64,000 bases of DNA from an uncultured Gammaproteobacteria bacterium (GTDB taxonomy: Bacteria > Patescibacteriota > Patescibacteriia > UBA1558 > GWA2-36-10). The notes below the pieces were generated by a model. The model ran no database searches. It saw only the letters and a list, made by a program, of their open reading frames with translations, and was not told the origin of the DNA. This document shows positions 38,187-46,236 of the stretch, in pieces (the stretch's first letter is position 1; every line of letters starts with the position of its first letter). The DNA is taken from the NCBI GenBank assembly GCA_964424615.1, contig CAYRIU010000033.1:247-64246 (forward strand). Reading direction: 5' to 3'. A program made the translations under genes and the position numbers.

Positions 38187-38243
38187 AGCCACTCTATTTC
38201 CGCCATCCGCCAACCGGCGGAGGCGGACGGGGTGGTTTTTTGT
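38187..38243 (+). terminator. GC-rich terminator with the CCGCCATCCGCCAACCGGCGGAGGCGGA core
   Basis: Nested stems GAGCCACTC.../TCCGCC-AT-CCGCC-AACC-GGCGG-A-GGCGGA.../GGGGTGG then T6. Confidence 0.6.
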
Positions 38244-38268
38244 TTGCCCTTGTCATTATCGCTAGTAT

Positions 38269-39177
38269 TTGCCATACTATGAGCATATTATTATATATAT
38301 GCGTCTTGCTAAGATAAAATTTCATAAATTAGATAAAGAGTTTTTTTTCTTACCCGAGTTTACTAATGACCATCGCTCGGAGATCAAGATCGGTGAACAG
38401 GTGATTGTAGATACGGCCATGGGTCGTGATTTGGGTGAGTTGCTAGATATTGCTGAATATACTGATAGTGAAGTAGAAAAAATCCAAGCTAATCAGATAA
38501 AAAGCCTAGGTGAATTGAAAGGTTTGAGTTGTCTGGCTAGCGACAGTGATATAGCCAAAGCTCAGTCTTATCAATCTAGCTATGAGCGATATCTCAAAGA
38601 AGCTAGAGAGATGTGTCAAAAACACAAGCTCAAAGAAATGAAGCTAGTGGATGTTTCGCTGTCTTTGGATGGCACCAGATTGACCATTTACTTTATCTCC
38701 AATACTAGAGTCGATTTTCGTGAGCTAGTCAAAGACATGGCTGCTATTTTTCACAAAAAGATTCGCTTACAACAGATCGGTGTCAGGGATGCCGCCAAGA
38801 TCGGCGGTGACTGGGGGCCTTGTGGCTTACCGCTTTGTTGCAAGGCGTGGCTATCAGAGATTGGCAAAGTCAGTCCTGATACTATAAAAAAACAAGAGTT
38901 AATGCATCGAGGAGTTGACCGTCTGACTGGTGTCTGTGGTCGTTTGAAGTGCTGTCTACGCTTTGAAGAAGATCAACAACGTTGGGTAGAGGGCAAAGCT
39001 CCAAAAATAGGTGATATTATCCAAATAAAAACTGGGCAAGCAAAGGTAATAGCTGTATATCCAGACAAAAAAACAGTTGATCTAGAAGTTGATGGTGCAG
39101 TGGTAGAATATCCATATACTGAGGGTAATAAGTGTAAAGCAGATTGTCAGTCTGGCTGTCCGTCAAACTGTCAATAA
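38269..39177 (+). CDS. PSP1 C-terminal domain protein (YaaT/RicT-like)
   Basis: RVDFRELVKDMAAIFHKKIRLQQIGVRD...GPCGLPLCC...GVCGRLKCCLRFE matches the PSP1/RicT signature. True start may be the Met at 38299. Confidence 0.7.
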   Translation: MPYYEHIIIYMRLAKIKFHKLDKEFFFLPEFTNDHRSEIKIGEQVIVDTAMGRDLGELLDIAEYTDSEVEKIQANQIKSLGELKGLSCLASDSDIAKAQSYQSSYERYLKEAREMCQKHKLKEMKLVDVSLSLDGTRLTIYFISNTRVDFRELVKDMAAIFHKKIRLQQIGVRDAAKIGGDWGPCGLPLCCKAWLSEIGKVSPDTIKKQELMHRGVDRLTGVCGRLKCCLRFEEDQQRWVEGKAPKIGDIIQIKTGQAKVIAVYPDKKTVDLEVDGAVVEYPYTEGNKCKADCQSGCPSNCQ

Positions 39178-39212
39178 TTGTATAATGACCTTTTAGGAAT
39201 AATTTGCTATAA

Positions 39213-39507
39213 TTCACCCTGTTAAATAAATTTAAATTTTCTTTAGTTATGCTATACTATACTTATGTATTACTAAGTAAAAAAGTTAATAAATTTTATA
39301 CTGGCTATACAAAAAATTTAAATTTAAGATTTAAGCAACACAATAAAGGTAAGGTAGAGTCTACTAAAGATAGAAGGCCCTTAAAGTTAATTTATTATGA
39401 AGCTTGCTTAAATCAACAGGATGCAACTAAAAGAGAAAAATATTTAAAAACGTATTTAGGCAAATTATTTATACATAATAGGCTTAAATCTTATTTAACA
39501 GGGTAAA
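39213..39507 (+). mobile_element. candidate GIY-YIG-encoding mobile element bounded by 15-bp terminal inverted repeats
   Basis: Left end TTCACCCTGTTAAAT (39213-39227). Right end ATTTAACAGGGTAAA (39493-39507) is its reverse complement, 13/15 match. A related solo copy exists at 35198-35253. The ends occupy the whole ricT-gap intergenic space. Confidence 0.6.
39249..39506 (+). CDS. small GIY-YIG nuclease family protein, copy 2 (element cargo)
   Basis: YYTYVLLSKKVNKFYTGYTKNLNLRFKQHN GIY-YIG motif, 85 aa. The last codons (LTG-stop) lie inside the right inverted repeat. Confidence 0.7.
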   Translation: MLYYTYVLLSKKVNKFYTGYTKNLNLRFKQHNKGKVESTKDRRPLKLIYYEACLNQQDATKREKYLKTYLGKLFIHNRLKSYLTG

Positions 39508-39513
39508 AAAAAT

Positions 39514-40518
39514 ATGGCAAAAAAAATTAAAGTAGCAATCAATGGTTTTGGTCGTATCGGTCGAGCTTCGTTTAAAATAATGCTCGATAGTTCAAAATAT
39601 AAAGTAGTGGCTATCAATGATTTAGCACCGGCAGAGAGTTTGGCTTATTTATTGAAATACGACACTATGTATGGTCGCTACAACAAAAAAATAGATGCCA
39701 AAGATAACTATATTATCGTCAATGGTAAAAAATATTTAGTCACAGCTGTGCCAGAGCCAGAGAAACTGCCTTGGAAAAAATTAGGAGTTGATGTGGTACT
39801 GGAGTGCACTGGTCGCTTTGTTAAAGGTGAACAAGCAGCTTTGCACATCAAAGCCGGAGCCAAAAAAGTGATTATTTCTGCTCCAGCCAAGGGCGGCGAT
39901 GTCATGACCTATCTACTGGGTGTCAATGAAGATAAATATAAACAAGATAAAGTAATTTCCAATGCCTCTTGCACTACCAATTGTATTGCGCCGGTAGCTC
40001 AAGTGATGGTCACAAATTTTGGGGTGGAAAAAGCCATGATGACTACTATCCACTCCTACACCGCTGATCAGCATCTAGTTGATAGTCCACACAAAGATCC
40101 ACGACGTGGTAGAACTGCAGCTCAAAATATCGTGCCAACTACTACTGGCGCTGCTATTGCTACTGGCCAAGTGATTCCTGAAATGGAGGGTTTGTTTGAT
40201 GGTTTGTCTATCCGTGTCCCAACCGCTGTGGTCTCTTTGGCAGACTTTACATTTGTGTTGAAAAAAAATGTGACTGTCGAGCAGGTCAACAAAGCTTTGA
40301 CTAAGGCCAGCATATCACCCAGAATGAAAAATATTTTAGGCGTCACTAGTGATCCGGTGGTTTCATCAGATTTCATCAAAGATCCTCGTAGCTCTATAGT
40401 GGATTTATCCTTGACCAAGGTAGTAGGTGGCAATATGGTTAAGATCATTGCCTGGTATGACAATGAGTGGGGATATTCATGCCGTTTGGTCGACATGATT
40501 GGGCAAATTAGTAAATAA
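39514..40518 (+). CDS. gap: glyceraldehyde-3-phosphate dehydrogenase
   Basis: INGFGRIGR NAD-binding motif, active site SNASCTTNCIAP. Confidence 0.95.
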   Translation: MAKKIKVAINGFGRIGRASFKIMLDSSKYKVVAINDLAPAESLAYLLKYDTMYGRYNKKIDAKDNYIIVNGKKYLVTAVPEPEKLPWKKLGVDVVLECTGRFVKGEQAALHIKAGAKKVIISAPAKGGDVMTYLLGVNEDKYKQDKVISNASCTTNCIAPVAQVMVTNFGVEKAMMTTIHSYTADQHLVDSPHKDPRRGRTAAQNIVPTTTGAAIATGQVIPEMEGLFDGLSIRVPTAVVSLADFTFVLKKNVTVEQVNKALTKASISPRMKNILGVTSDPVVSSDFIKDPRSSIVDLSLTKVVGGNMVKIIAWYDNEWGYSCRLVDMIGQISK

Positions 40519-40525
40519 ATTGAGA

Positions 40526-40552
40526 AAAATCGCCTTTAGGGCGATTTTTTGA
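40526..40552 (+). terminator. intrinsic terminator after gap
   Basis: AAAAATCGCC-TTTA-GGGCGATTTTTTG. Confidence 0.65.
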
Positions 40553-40582
40553 TATTATTATAAAATATGTTAATATTTTAGT

Positions 40583-41965
40583 ATGTCTATTTATTTTTAC
40601 AACAGTTTAACTAGGAAAAAAGAAGAGTTTGAGCCTATTAAAAAAGGTCAAGTTGGTTTGTATACTTGTGGACCGACAGTCTATAGCTATCCCCACATTG
40701 GTAATTTTGTCAGCTATTTGTATTGGGATATCTTGAAGCGTTTTTTGCAATCCCAAAAATACAAAGTAAAGCATATCATGAATATCACGGATGTTGGGCA
40801 TTTGACTAGTGATGCTGATGATGGTGAAGATAAGATGGAAAAAGCCAAAGTCAGCGAAGGCAAGTCAGCTTGGGAGATTGCTGAATATTATCTAGATATT
40901 TTTCAAAAAGATGCCAAAGCATTAAATATTTTACCAGCCACCAAGACTTTGCGGGCAACTAAGACTATCAAAGAGCAGATTGCTTTTGTCAAAATTTTGG
41001 AGCAAAAAGGTTTTTTGTACAAAACAGCTGACGGCATGTATTTTGATACTAGTAAGATCAAAGATTATGGTACTTTGGGTAATTTACAAAATGTCGATCT
41101 ACAAGAGGGTGCTCGCGTAGAAAAAAACACTGAGAAAAAAAATCCTACTGATTTTGCAGTTTGGAAATTTTCACCTAGTGATTCACAGCGTGATATGGAG
41201 TGGGAGAGTCCTTGGGGCTTGGGATTTCCAGGTTGGCACCTGGAGTGTTCGGTCATGAGTCGCCTGACTTTGGGTGATACTTTTGATATTCATACTGGCG
41301 GCATGGATCATCTGACTGTCCATCACCCCAATGAAATGGCCCAATCAGAGGCAGTGACTGGTAAATTGCAAGCTCACTACTGGCTACACAATGCTTTTAT
41401 GAAGTTTGACAATCAAAAAATGTCAAAGTCTCTGGGCAATATCATCACTGTGTCAGATTTAGAAAAAAAACACATTTCTCCACTAGCTTATAGATATTTA
41501 CTATTACAAAATAATTATCGCACACCTTTGAATTTTTCTTGGGAGTCTTTGGAAGCTGCTCAAAATGGCTTACAAAATATTATCAAAAATATTGTTACTT
41601 TTGCTAAAGCTACTAAAGTAAATCAAAAATATGTAACAGATATTTATACTGCTTTGAGTGATGATTTGAATACTGCCAAGGCTTTGGCGGTCTTACAACA
41701 GCTTTTGGCAAGTCATGAAGATGGTGGAGTAAAATTAGCGACTGTTTATAAAATGGACGAAGTGTTGGGTTTGGATTTGAAAAATTTAAAAAATAAAGCG
41801 CTAAAAATACCAAAAGAAGCTCAAAGTTTATTAAAACAACGTCAGCAAGCTCGGGTAGACAAAAATTATAAACTATCAGATGATTTACGTGCGCAACTCA
41901 AAGATTTGGGAGTAGAGGTAGAGGATACAAGTGCTGGTCAGCAAGCGATGAATATTAAATTATAA
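40583..41965 (+). CDS. cysS: cysteine--tRNA ligase
   Basis: HIGN (YPHIGNFVSY) and KMSKS motifs, zinc-binding Cys residues, 460 aa. Confidence 0.9.
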   Translation: MSIYFYNSLTRKKEEFEPIKKGQVGLYTCGPTVYSYPHIGNFVSYLYWDILKRFLQSQKYKVKHIMNITDVGHLTSDADDGEDKMEKAKVSEGKSAWEIAEYYLDIFQKDAKALNILPATKTLRATKTIKEQIAFVKILEQKGFLYKTADGMYFDTSKIKDYGTLGNLQNVDLQEGARVEKNTEKKNPTDFAVWKFSPSDSQRDMEWESPWGLGFPGWHLECSVMSRLTLGDTFDIHTGGMDHLTVHHPNEMAQSEAVTGKLQAHYWLHNAFMKFDNQKMSKSLGNIITVSDLEKKHISPLAYRYLLLQNNYRTPLNFSWESLEAAQNGLQNIIKNIVTFAKATKVNQKYVTDIYTALSDDLNTAKALAVLQQLLASHEDGGVKLATVYKMDEVLGLDLKNLKNKALKIPKEAQSLLKQRQQARVDKNYKLSDDLRAQLKDLGVEVEDTSAGQQAMNIKL

Positions 41966-41969
41966 GATT

Positions 41970-42845
41970 ATGAGTTTTGAGCAGGTGAATCCCAAGCTGA
42001 CGCTTGAACAGCAGTTTCAACGCAGAGATGTTATTGAGCTACCTGGTAGAGATATAGAGGTGGTAGATATTGATCCAGAGGACAAGAAAACAGAAGTGCC
42101 TGTTGTTTTGGGAGTTGGTTGGGGTGGAGAACCAAATGCCTACAAAAATAATTTATTATATTTGGCTTCCAAGGGTAGACGCACTATTGCTCTAGATGCG
42201 GTGCATGGTATAGAGACAGAGAATCAAGATGATATAGAAAATATTTTTCCAGATGCAGAAATGCGCAAGGTAGCAGCTCTACTAGAGGTTTTGACCAATA
42301 AAAATATTTCCAAGGTCGATGCGGTAGCTTATTCTGAAGGCGGTATTTATATTACTTTGGCAGCTATTTTGTATCCAGAAAAATTTAGAAATTTAGTTTT
42401 AGTAAATCCTGGTGGTTTAGTTGGCAAGGATAATGAGTTTCGCCTGACAGCTGGCTTTTTGAAAGATCTAGTCAAGCATTTTATAGATGTAGTAAATAAC
42501 AAAGAATTTTTAAAACGTTTTGCTATTTTTTATGGTGGTATGGTGAGATCAGCAGCTATCGATCTGCCCAAAGCTATCAGAGAGATATCGGCTATTTCAG
42601 AGGCGCAAATACAAGATTTTTTGAAAGATTTGAAATCGCAAGGCATGGGCATATCTATCATCCATGGAGTTGATGACAATGCCTTTCCTATGGACAAAAT
42701 GCAGCAAGTGGTCAAACCAGATCAGGTGGATGGTTTTTATTCAGTCAAAGGTGCACACGGAGATTTTGTGATCCAAGCTGAAAAATATACTGAGGTTGTA
42801 GACCAAGCTTTGGATGCTTTAGAAAAAAAGAAGAATAAATTATAA
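41970..42845 (+). CDS. alpha/beta-hydrolase fold protein (hypothetical)
   Basis: Nucleophile elbow-like AYSEGG; 291 aa; no specific family. Confidence 0.4.
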   Translation: MSFEQVNPKLTLEQQFQRRDVIELPGRDIEVVDIDPEDKKTEVPVVLGVGWGGEPNAYKNNLLYLASKGRRTIALDAVHGIETENQDDIENIFPDAEMRKVAALLEVLTNKNISKVDAVAYSEGGIYITLAAILYPEKFRNLVLVNPGGLVGKDNEFRLTAGFLKDLVKHFIDVVNNKEFLKRFAIFYGGMVRSAAIDLPKAIREISAISEAQIQDFLKDLKSQGMGISIIHGVDDNAFPMDKMQQVVKPDQVDGFYSVKGAHGDFVIQAEKYTEVVDQALDALEKKKNKL

Positions 42846-42855
42846 GGTGATTTAT

Positions 42856-42920
42856 CCGCCCAGTCCCGTCCGCCATCCGCCAATCGGCGGAGGCTAACGG
42901 GACTGGGTGGTTTTTTATTT
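42856..42920 (+). terminator. long GC-rich terminator containing the CCGCCATCCGCCAATCGGCGGAGG core
   Basis: CCCAGTCCCGT-CCGCCATCCGCCAATCGGCGGAGGCTA-ACGGGACTGGG then T6. Confidence 0.65.
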
Positions 42921-42972
42921 GAATGGATTATTGACAAAAATCTAAGGTTTGCTAACATATTTTAGCTATAGT

Positions 42973-43052
42973 CCCACTGTAGCTTAGCCGATGAAAGCAC
43001 CCAGGTAATAAGAGCTGGGAGATCGTAGGTTCAAATCCTACCAGTGGGACCA
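42973..43052 (+). tRNA. tRNA-like gene with encoded CCA and a non-canonical 10-nt anticodon loop (identity undetermined; could be an unusual tRNA or a pseudogene)
   Basis: Acceptor CCCACUG/CAGUGGG. D-arm GCUU-AGCCGAUGA-AAGC. Anticodon stem CCCAG/CUGGG enclosing GUAAUAAGAG. Variable AGAUC. T-arm GUAGG-UUCAAAU-CCUAC, discriminator A, CCA. Own promoter TTGACA (42931)-16-TAACAT and terminator at 43086. Confidence 0.55.
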
Positions 43053-43085
43053 AGTTCTTTCGTGGCCATTTGGCCAAATTAACGA

Positions 43086-43117
43086 CCCCGCTATCAATTT
43101 TGATGGCGGGTTTTTTG
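43086..43117 (+). terminator. intrinsic terminator after tRNA-like gene 1
   Basis: CCCGCTATCAA-TTT-TGATGGCGGG then T6. Confidence 0.6.
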
Positions 43118-43187
43118 TATTTATTTCTGTGCATAAGTATATTATTGACAAAACTATTGCTGGTGCTATTATTTTCTTCTACAGACT

Positions 43188-43294
43188 AACCCCGTAGCTC
43201 AACTCGATAGAGCAGTAGGTCATCCACGAGTGCCTACTACGGGCGCTGATAAAAAAGTGCCCGTGTGGTGGTTCGAATCCACCCGGGGTTCCCA
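43188..43294 (+). tRNA. tRNA-like gene (104 nt plus CCA) with 13-nt anticodon loop and about 29-nt variable region (identity undetermined)
   Basis: Acceptor AACCCCG/CGGGGUU. D-arm GCUC-AACUCGAUA-GAGC. Anticodon-position hairpin GUAGG-UCAUCCACGAGUG-CCUAC. Long variable arm ACGGGC-N14-GCCCGU. T-arm GGUGG-UUCGAAU-CCACC, discriminator C, CCA. Own promoter TTGACA (43145)-16-TATTAT and terminators at 43305-43359. Confidence 0.5.
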
Positions 43295-43304
43295 GTTCTT
43301 TCCG

Positions 43305-43359
43305 GGGCGCTTATGCGCCCCTCGGCCCAGGCCGTTATCAACATTGATAACGGTTTTTT
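43305..43359 (+). terminator. tandem hairpins and terminator after tRNA-like gene 2
   Basis: GGGGCGC-TTAT-GCGCCCC followed by GGCCGTTATCAA-CA-TTGATAACGG and T6. Confidence 0.6.
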
Positions 43360-43436
43360 ATACTTTGTCTATTCGACTAAAATACCAAAAAATTCTATAT
43401 TTATATTGCGGACGGCTTAAATAATAAGACGGCGTT

Positions 43437-44825
43437 ATGACATTAGACACTTTAATTTTATTAGTTGTTTGGTTGATTAATTTAGGTTTATTATTTTTTA
43501 TACTTTTTAATAAGAATAAAAAAAGACGTTGGCCTATCTTTACGATGGTTTTTTTGTTGTGGCTCTGGCAGAGTAGTGAGCTGGTTAATATTTTATTTTT
43601 ACTCAAAAGTCCTTATATACTATTAGGAGTCAGAGCTGGATTGTTGCCAACCTTGTATATTGCGCCAACTTTTGTTGTCTTAAGCTATTCTTTAGTTCAT
43701 CAATGGAACAATGTCCGCAAGTGGCAACATCTTTTTTTCCTGCCAGCTTATCTGATGTCACCTTTTGTTTTTAGTAAATACAATGTCAGTAATATCATAG
43801 TCGGTCCGAGTAGTGTCTCTTATGAGCCAGGGCCGATTTATTTTGTTTTTGCTATTTATTTTATCACTTTGATGTCTTGGGGTTTGGTAGTGTTGATTCG
43901 TCAGCGTAGTCGCTACGATCAGATAGTCAAGACACAGATTGATTATATTTTTGTAGCCACTGCTCTGACAGCAGCTTTGGCTCTTTTGTTTATTTTTATC
44001 TTGCCACTCTTGGGCGTGACAGCTTTTTACTACATGGGGGTCAATAGTAGTGTCATCTTTACGGGCATTGTCACCTATGCTTTGTTTCGTTATCGCTTCT
44101 TGGATTTGAGAATCAGTTTTTACAAAACTTTGGTCAATTTTGTGCGCTTGCTTTTGACGGGCTTGGTCTACGCTGTGCTTTATGTGGTATTGATTGGTCC
44201 AGTGCAAGTAGATTTTTCCGATACCATAAATAGTATTTTGTTTTTGGTATTTTTTGGTTTGACTGCACCGCTAGTCTTTGGTCTAGCTAGCTCGGCTGCT
44301 AAATTTTTTATTTATCATCCTTTGGAGCGTATCTTTCAAGCCGAAAATAATATTGCCACGATCTTGCGCTCTAGTCGCGATCTCAATCGCCTGATGTCCT
44401 CTCTGTCCAAGGAGATTGCCCAAGTGATTGATTACAAGGAAATATTTATTTATCTAGCCAAGCGTGGTGATGCTAATTTTTTTCATCAAGTTTATCCAGT
44501 CGGGGAGAGGACATTGCACATGGAGCATGATGTTTTGTTGCAGTATCTAGCCAAAAAACAAGATTTATTGCATAGTGCGGAGGTGCATTATCTTGATATT
44601 GATTCGAAGCTTAGCCAAGAGTTAGTAGATCATCATATTGACATATCTTTCCCAATATACTATAATAATCAGCTTTTGGGAGTATTGATGCTAGATAATA
44701 ATAAAAAGCTCCTTTATCAGCAACAGTTGGATTTTTTGCGAGAAGTAAATAAATATTTAGATATTGCTATTGGTAGTCTTCTGCTTTATCAGCAGGCCAT
44801 GGCCAATAGGGAAGAAAATAAGTAA
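43437..44825 (+). CDS. 7TM sensor-domain protein (histidine-kinase-type 7TM N-terminal region) with C-terminal GAF-like domain, no kinase domain
   Basis: Seven predicted TM helices in the first about 290 aa, with similarity to the N-terminus of the HK at 51938; C-terminal 170 aa looks GAF-like. Confidence 0.5.
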   Translation: MTLDTLILLVVWLINLGLLFFILFNKNKKRRWPIFTMVFLLWLWQSSELVNILFLLKSPYILLGVRAGLLPTLYIAPTFVVLSYSLVHQWNNVRKWQHLFFLPAYLMSPFVFSKYNVSNIIVGPSSVSYEPGPIYFVFAIYFITLMSWGLVVLIRQRSRYDQIVKTQIDYIFVATALTAALALLFIFILPLLGVTAFYYMGVNSSVIFTGIVTYALFRYRFLDLRISFYKTLVNFVRLLLTGLVYAVLYVVLIGPVQVDFSDTINSILFLVFFGLTAPLVFGLASSAAKFFIYHPLERIFQAENNIATILRSSRDLNRLMSSLSKEIAQVIDYKEIFIYLAKRGDANFFHQVYPVGERTLHMEHDVLLQYLAKKQDLLHSAEVHYLDIDSKLSQELVDHHIDISFPIYYNNQLLGVLMLDNNKKLLYQQQLDFLREVNKYLDIAIGSLLLYQQAMANREENK

Positions 44826-44833
44826 TTAAATCT

Positions 44834-45529
44834 ATGATTTTTACAGATTCTCAAAATTTAATATTATTAATTGCGGCTTTGATTAATTTATCGATGAGTT
44901 TATTTATTTTTAGCAGAGGAGCAAAAAATAAGGTAAATTTCTACTTTGGTTTAGTGACTTTGTTTAATTTTTTCTGGGCTACCTGTCTAATAGTTATTAA
45001 TTCAGCGATTAGCTATGAACTTACAAGGTTTTTTGGTAGCTTTGTCTACCCAATAGCTTTGATGGTAGTAATTAGCTTATTTTATTTTTCTATTTATTTT
45101 CCTTATGAATCTTTTAGGGTGAATAAAATTTATAAATGGTTAATTAATTTTTCTATAATTTTTTATTCTATTTACTGTAGTTTATTCTATAAATTTTTTG
45201 TCCCTAAAGTCGATTTACTGCCAAAGGTGATTGTTTATTATGAACCAGTAGTTTACACAATTTTTAGTGTCATTTTGATTACACTGATGTTATTTGCTAT
45301 CCATATTATATACAAGAAATATAAAATAGCCACGGGCATATTTAGAGTACAATTGATGTTGATATTAATTGCTGTTATTATTGGCACGGCAGCTGGTTGT
45401 TATTTCAATTTGATAGCCATGTATTATAACAATTTAGCTTATAATCACTTAGGTCCACTATTTACTTTGTTTATTAATTTAGTAGTATTTGGTTTCATTA
45501 TTTCTTCTAGAGAAAAAATAAGTAATTAA
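44834..45529 (+). CDS. standalone 7TM sensor-domain paralog 1 (HisKA_7TM-like)
   Basis: 231 aa, about 7 TM helices; N-terminus and C-terminal SREKISN tail conserved with the next two genes. Confidence 0.55.
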   Translation: MIFTDSQNLILLIAALINLSMSLFIFSRGAKNKVNFYFGLVTLFNFFWATCLIVINSAISYELTRFFGSFVYPIALMVVISLFYFSIYFPYESFRVNKIYKWLINFSIIFYSIYCSLFYKFFVPKVDLLPKVIVYYEPVVYTIFSVILITLMLFAIHIIYKKYKIATGIFRVQLMLILIAVIIGTAAGCYFNLIAMYYNNLAYNHLGPLFTLFINLVVFGFIISSREKISN

Positions 45530-45533
45530 ATAT

Positions 45534-46232
45534 ATGATTTTATTCGCTTGGCAAAATATTGTATTAATTATTACTGGTTTGGTTAATCTAGTCATGGGCA
45601 TTTTTGTATTAAAAAGAGGCTTGAGGAGTAAAATTAATTTATATTTTTCTACTTTGGTATTTTTTAATTTTTTGTGGAGTATTTTTATAGTGGGGGCTTT
45701 TTCATCTAATAATCTATCGATGGTTAATTTTTTTGATAAAACAACTAATTTATTTGGCATTGGTATTATTTTATCATTATTTTACTTTACTTTATATTTT
45801 CCATATCAGTCAGATAAAATAAGCAGTTTTAAGACAAAATTAATTTGGTTTTCTTCAATAGTTATTTCTTTTATGATTTACACCAAATGGTTTGTCGTTA
45901 ATACTATTTGGGTTGCAAGGCCATTTAGTTATATTTCATATTATAATAAATACGGTTATTTTGTTTATACCTTATATTTTTTTGTTTTTGCGTGCTGGTC
46001 AATATACTTTTTATTTAAAAAATATAGGAAAGTAGAAGGAGTTACTAGGTTGCAGTTAAAACGATTAATGTTATCAATTGTGGTGGGTTTGATTTGTGGA
46101 GCTTACTTTAATTTAGTATTGAACTACCTCGGTGTTTTTAATCTTGGTTGGCTTGGGCCGTTTTTTACCTTATTTATGAATATAGTAGTTTTTCAAACTA
46201 TTAGATCACCTAAAGAAAAAATAAGTAATTAG
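45534..46232 (+). CDS. standalone 7TM sensor-domain paralog 2
   Basis: 232 aa; same architecture; ends SPKEKISN; intergenic junction AAAATAAGTAATTAAATATATG conserved. Confidence 0.55.
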   Translation: MILFAWQNIVLIITGLVNLVMGIFVLKRGLRSKINLYFSTLVFFNFLWSIFIVGAFSSNNLSMVNFFDKTTNLFGIGIILSLFYFTLYFPYQSDKISSFKTKLIWFSSIVISFMIYTKWFVVNTIWVARPFSYISYYNKYGYFVYTLYFFVFACWSIYFLFKKYRKVEGVTRLQLKRLMLSIVVGLICGAYFNLVLNYLGVFNLGWLGPFFTLFMNIVVFQTIRSPKEKISN

Positions 46233-46236
46233 ATAT

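Noticed and set aside
42952-43134. ORF 42952-43134 on the minus strand
   Set aside because: It is the antisense of the tRNA-like gene and its terminator (translation contains GFEPT, the reverse-complemented T-loop). Spurious.
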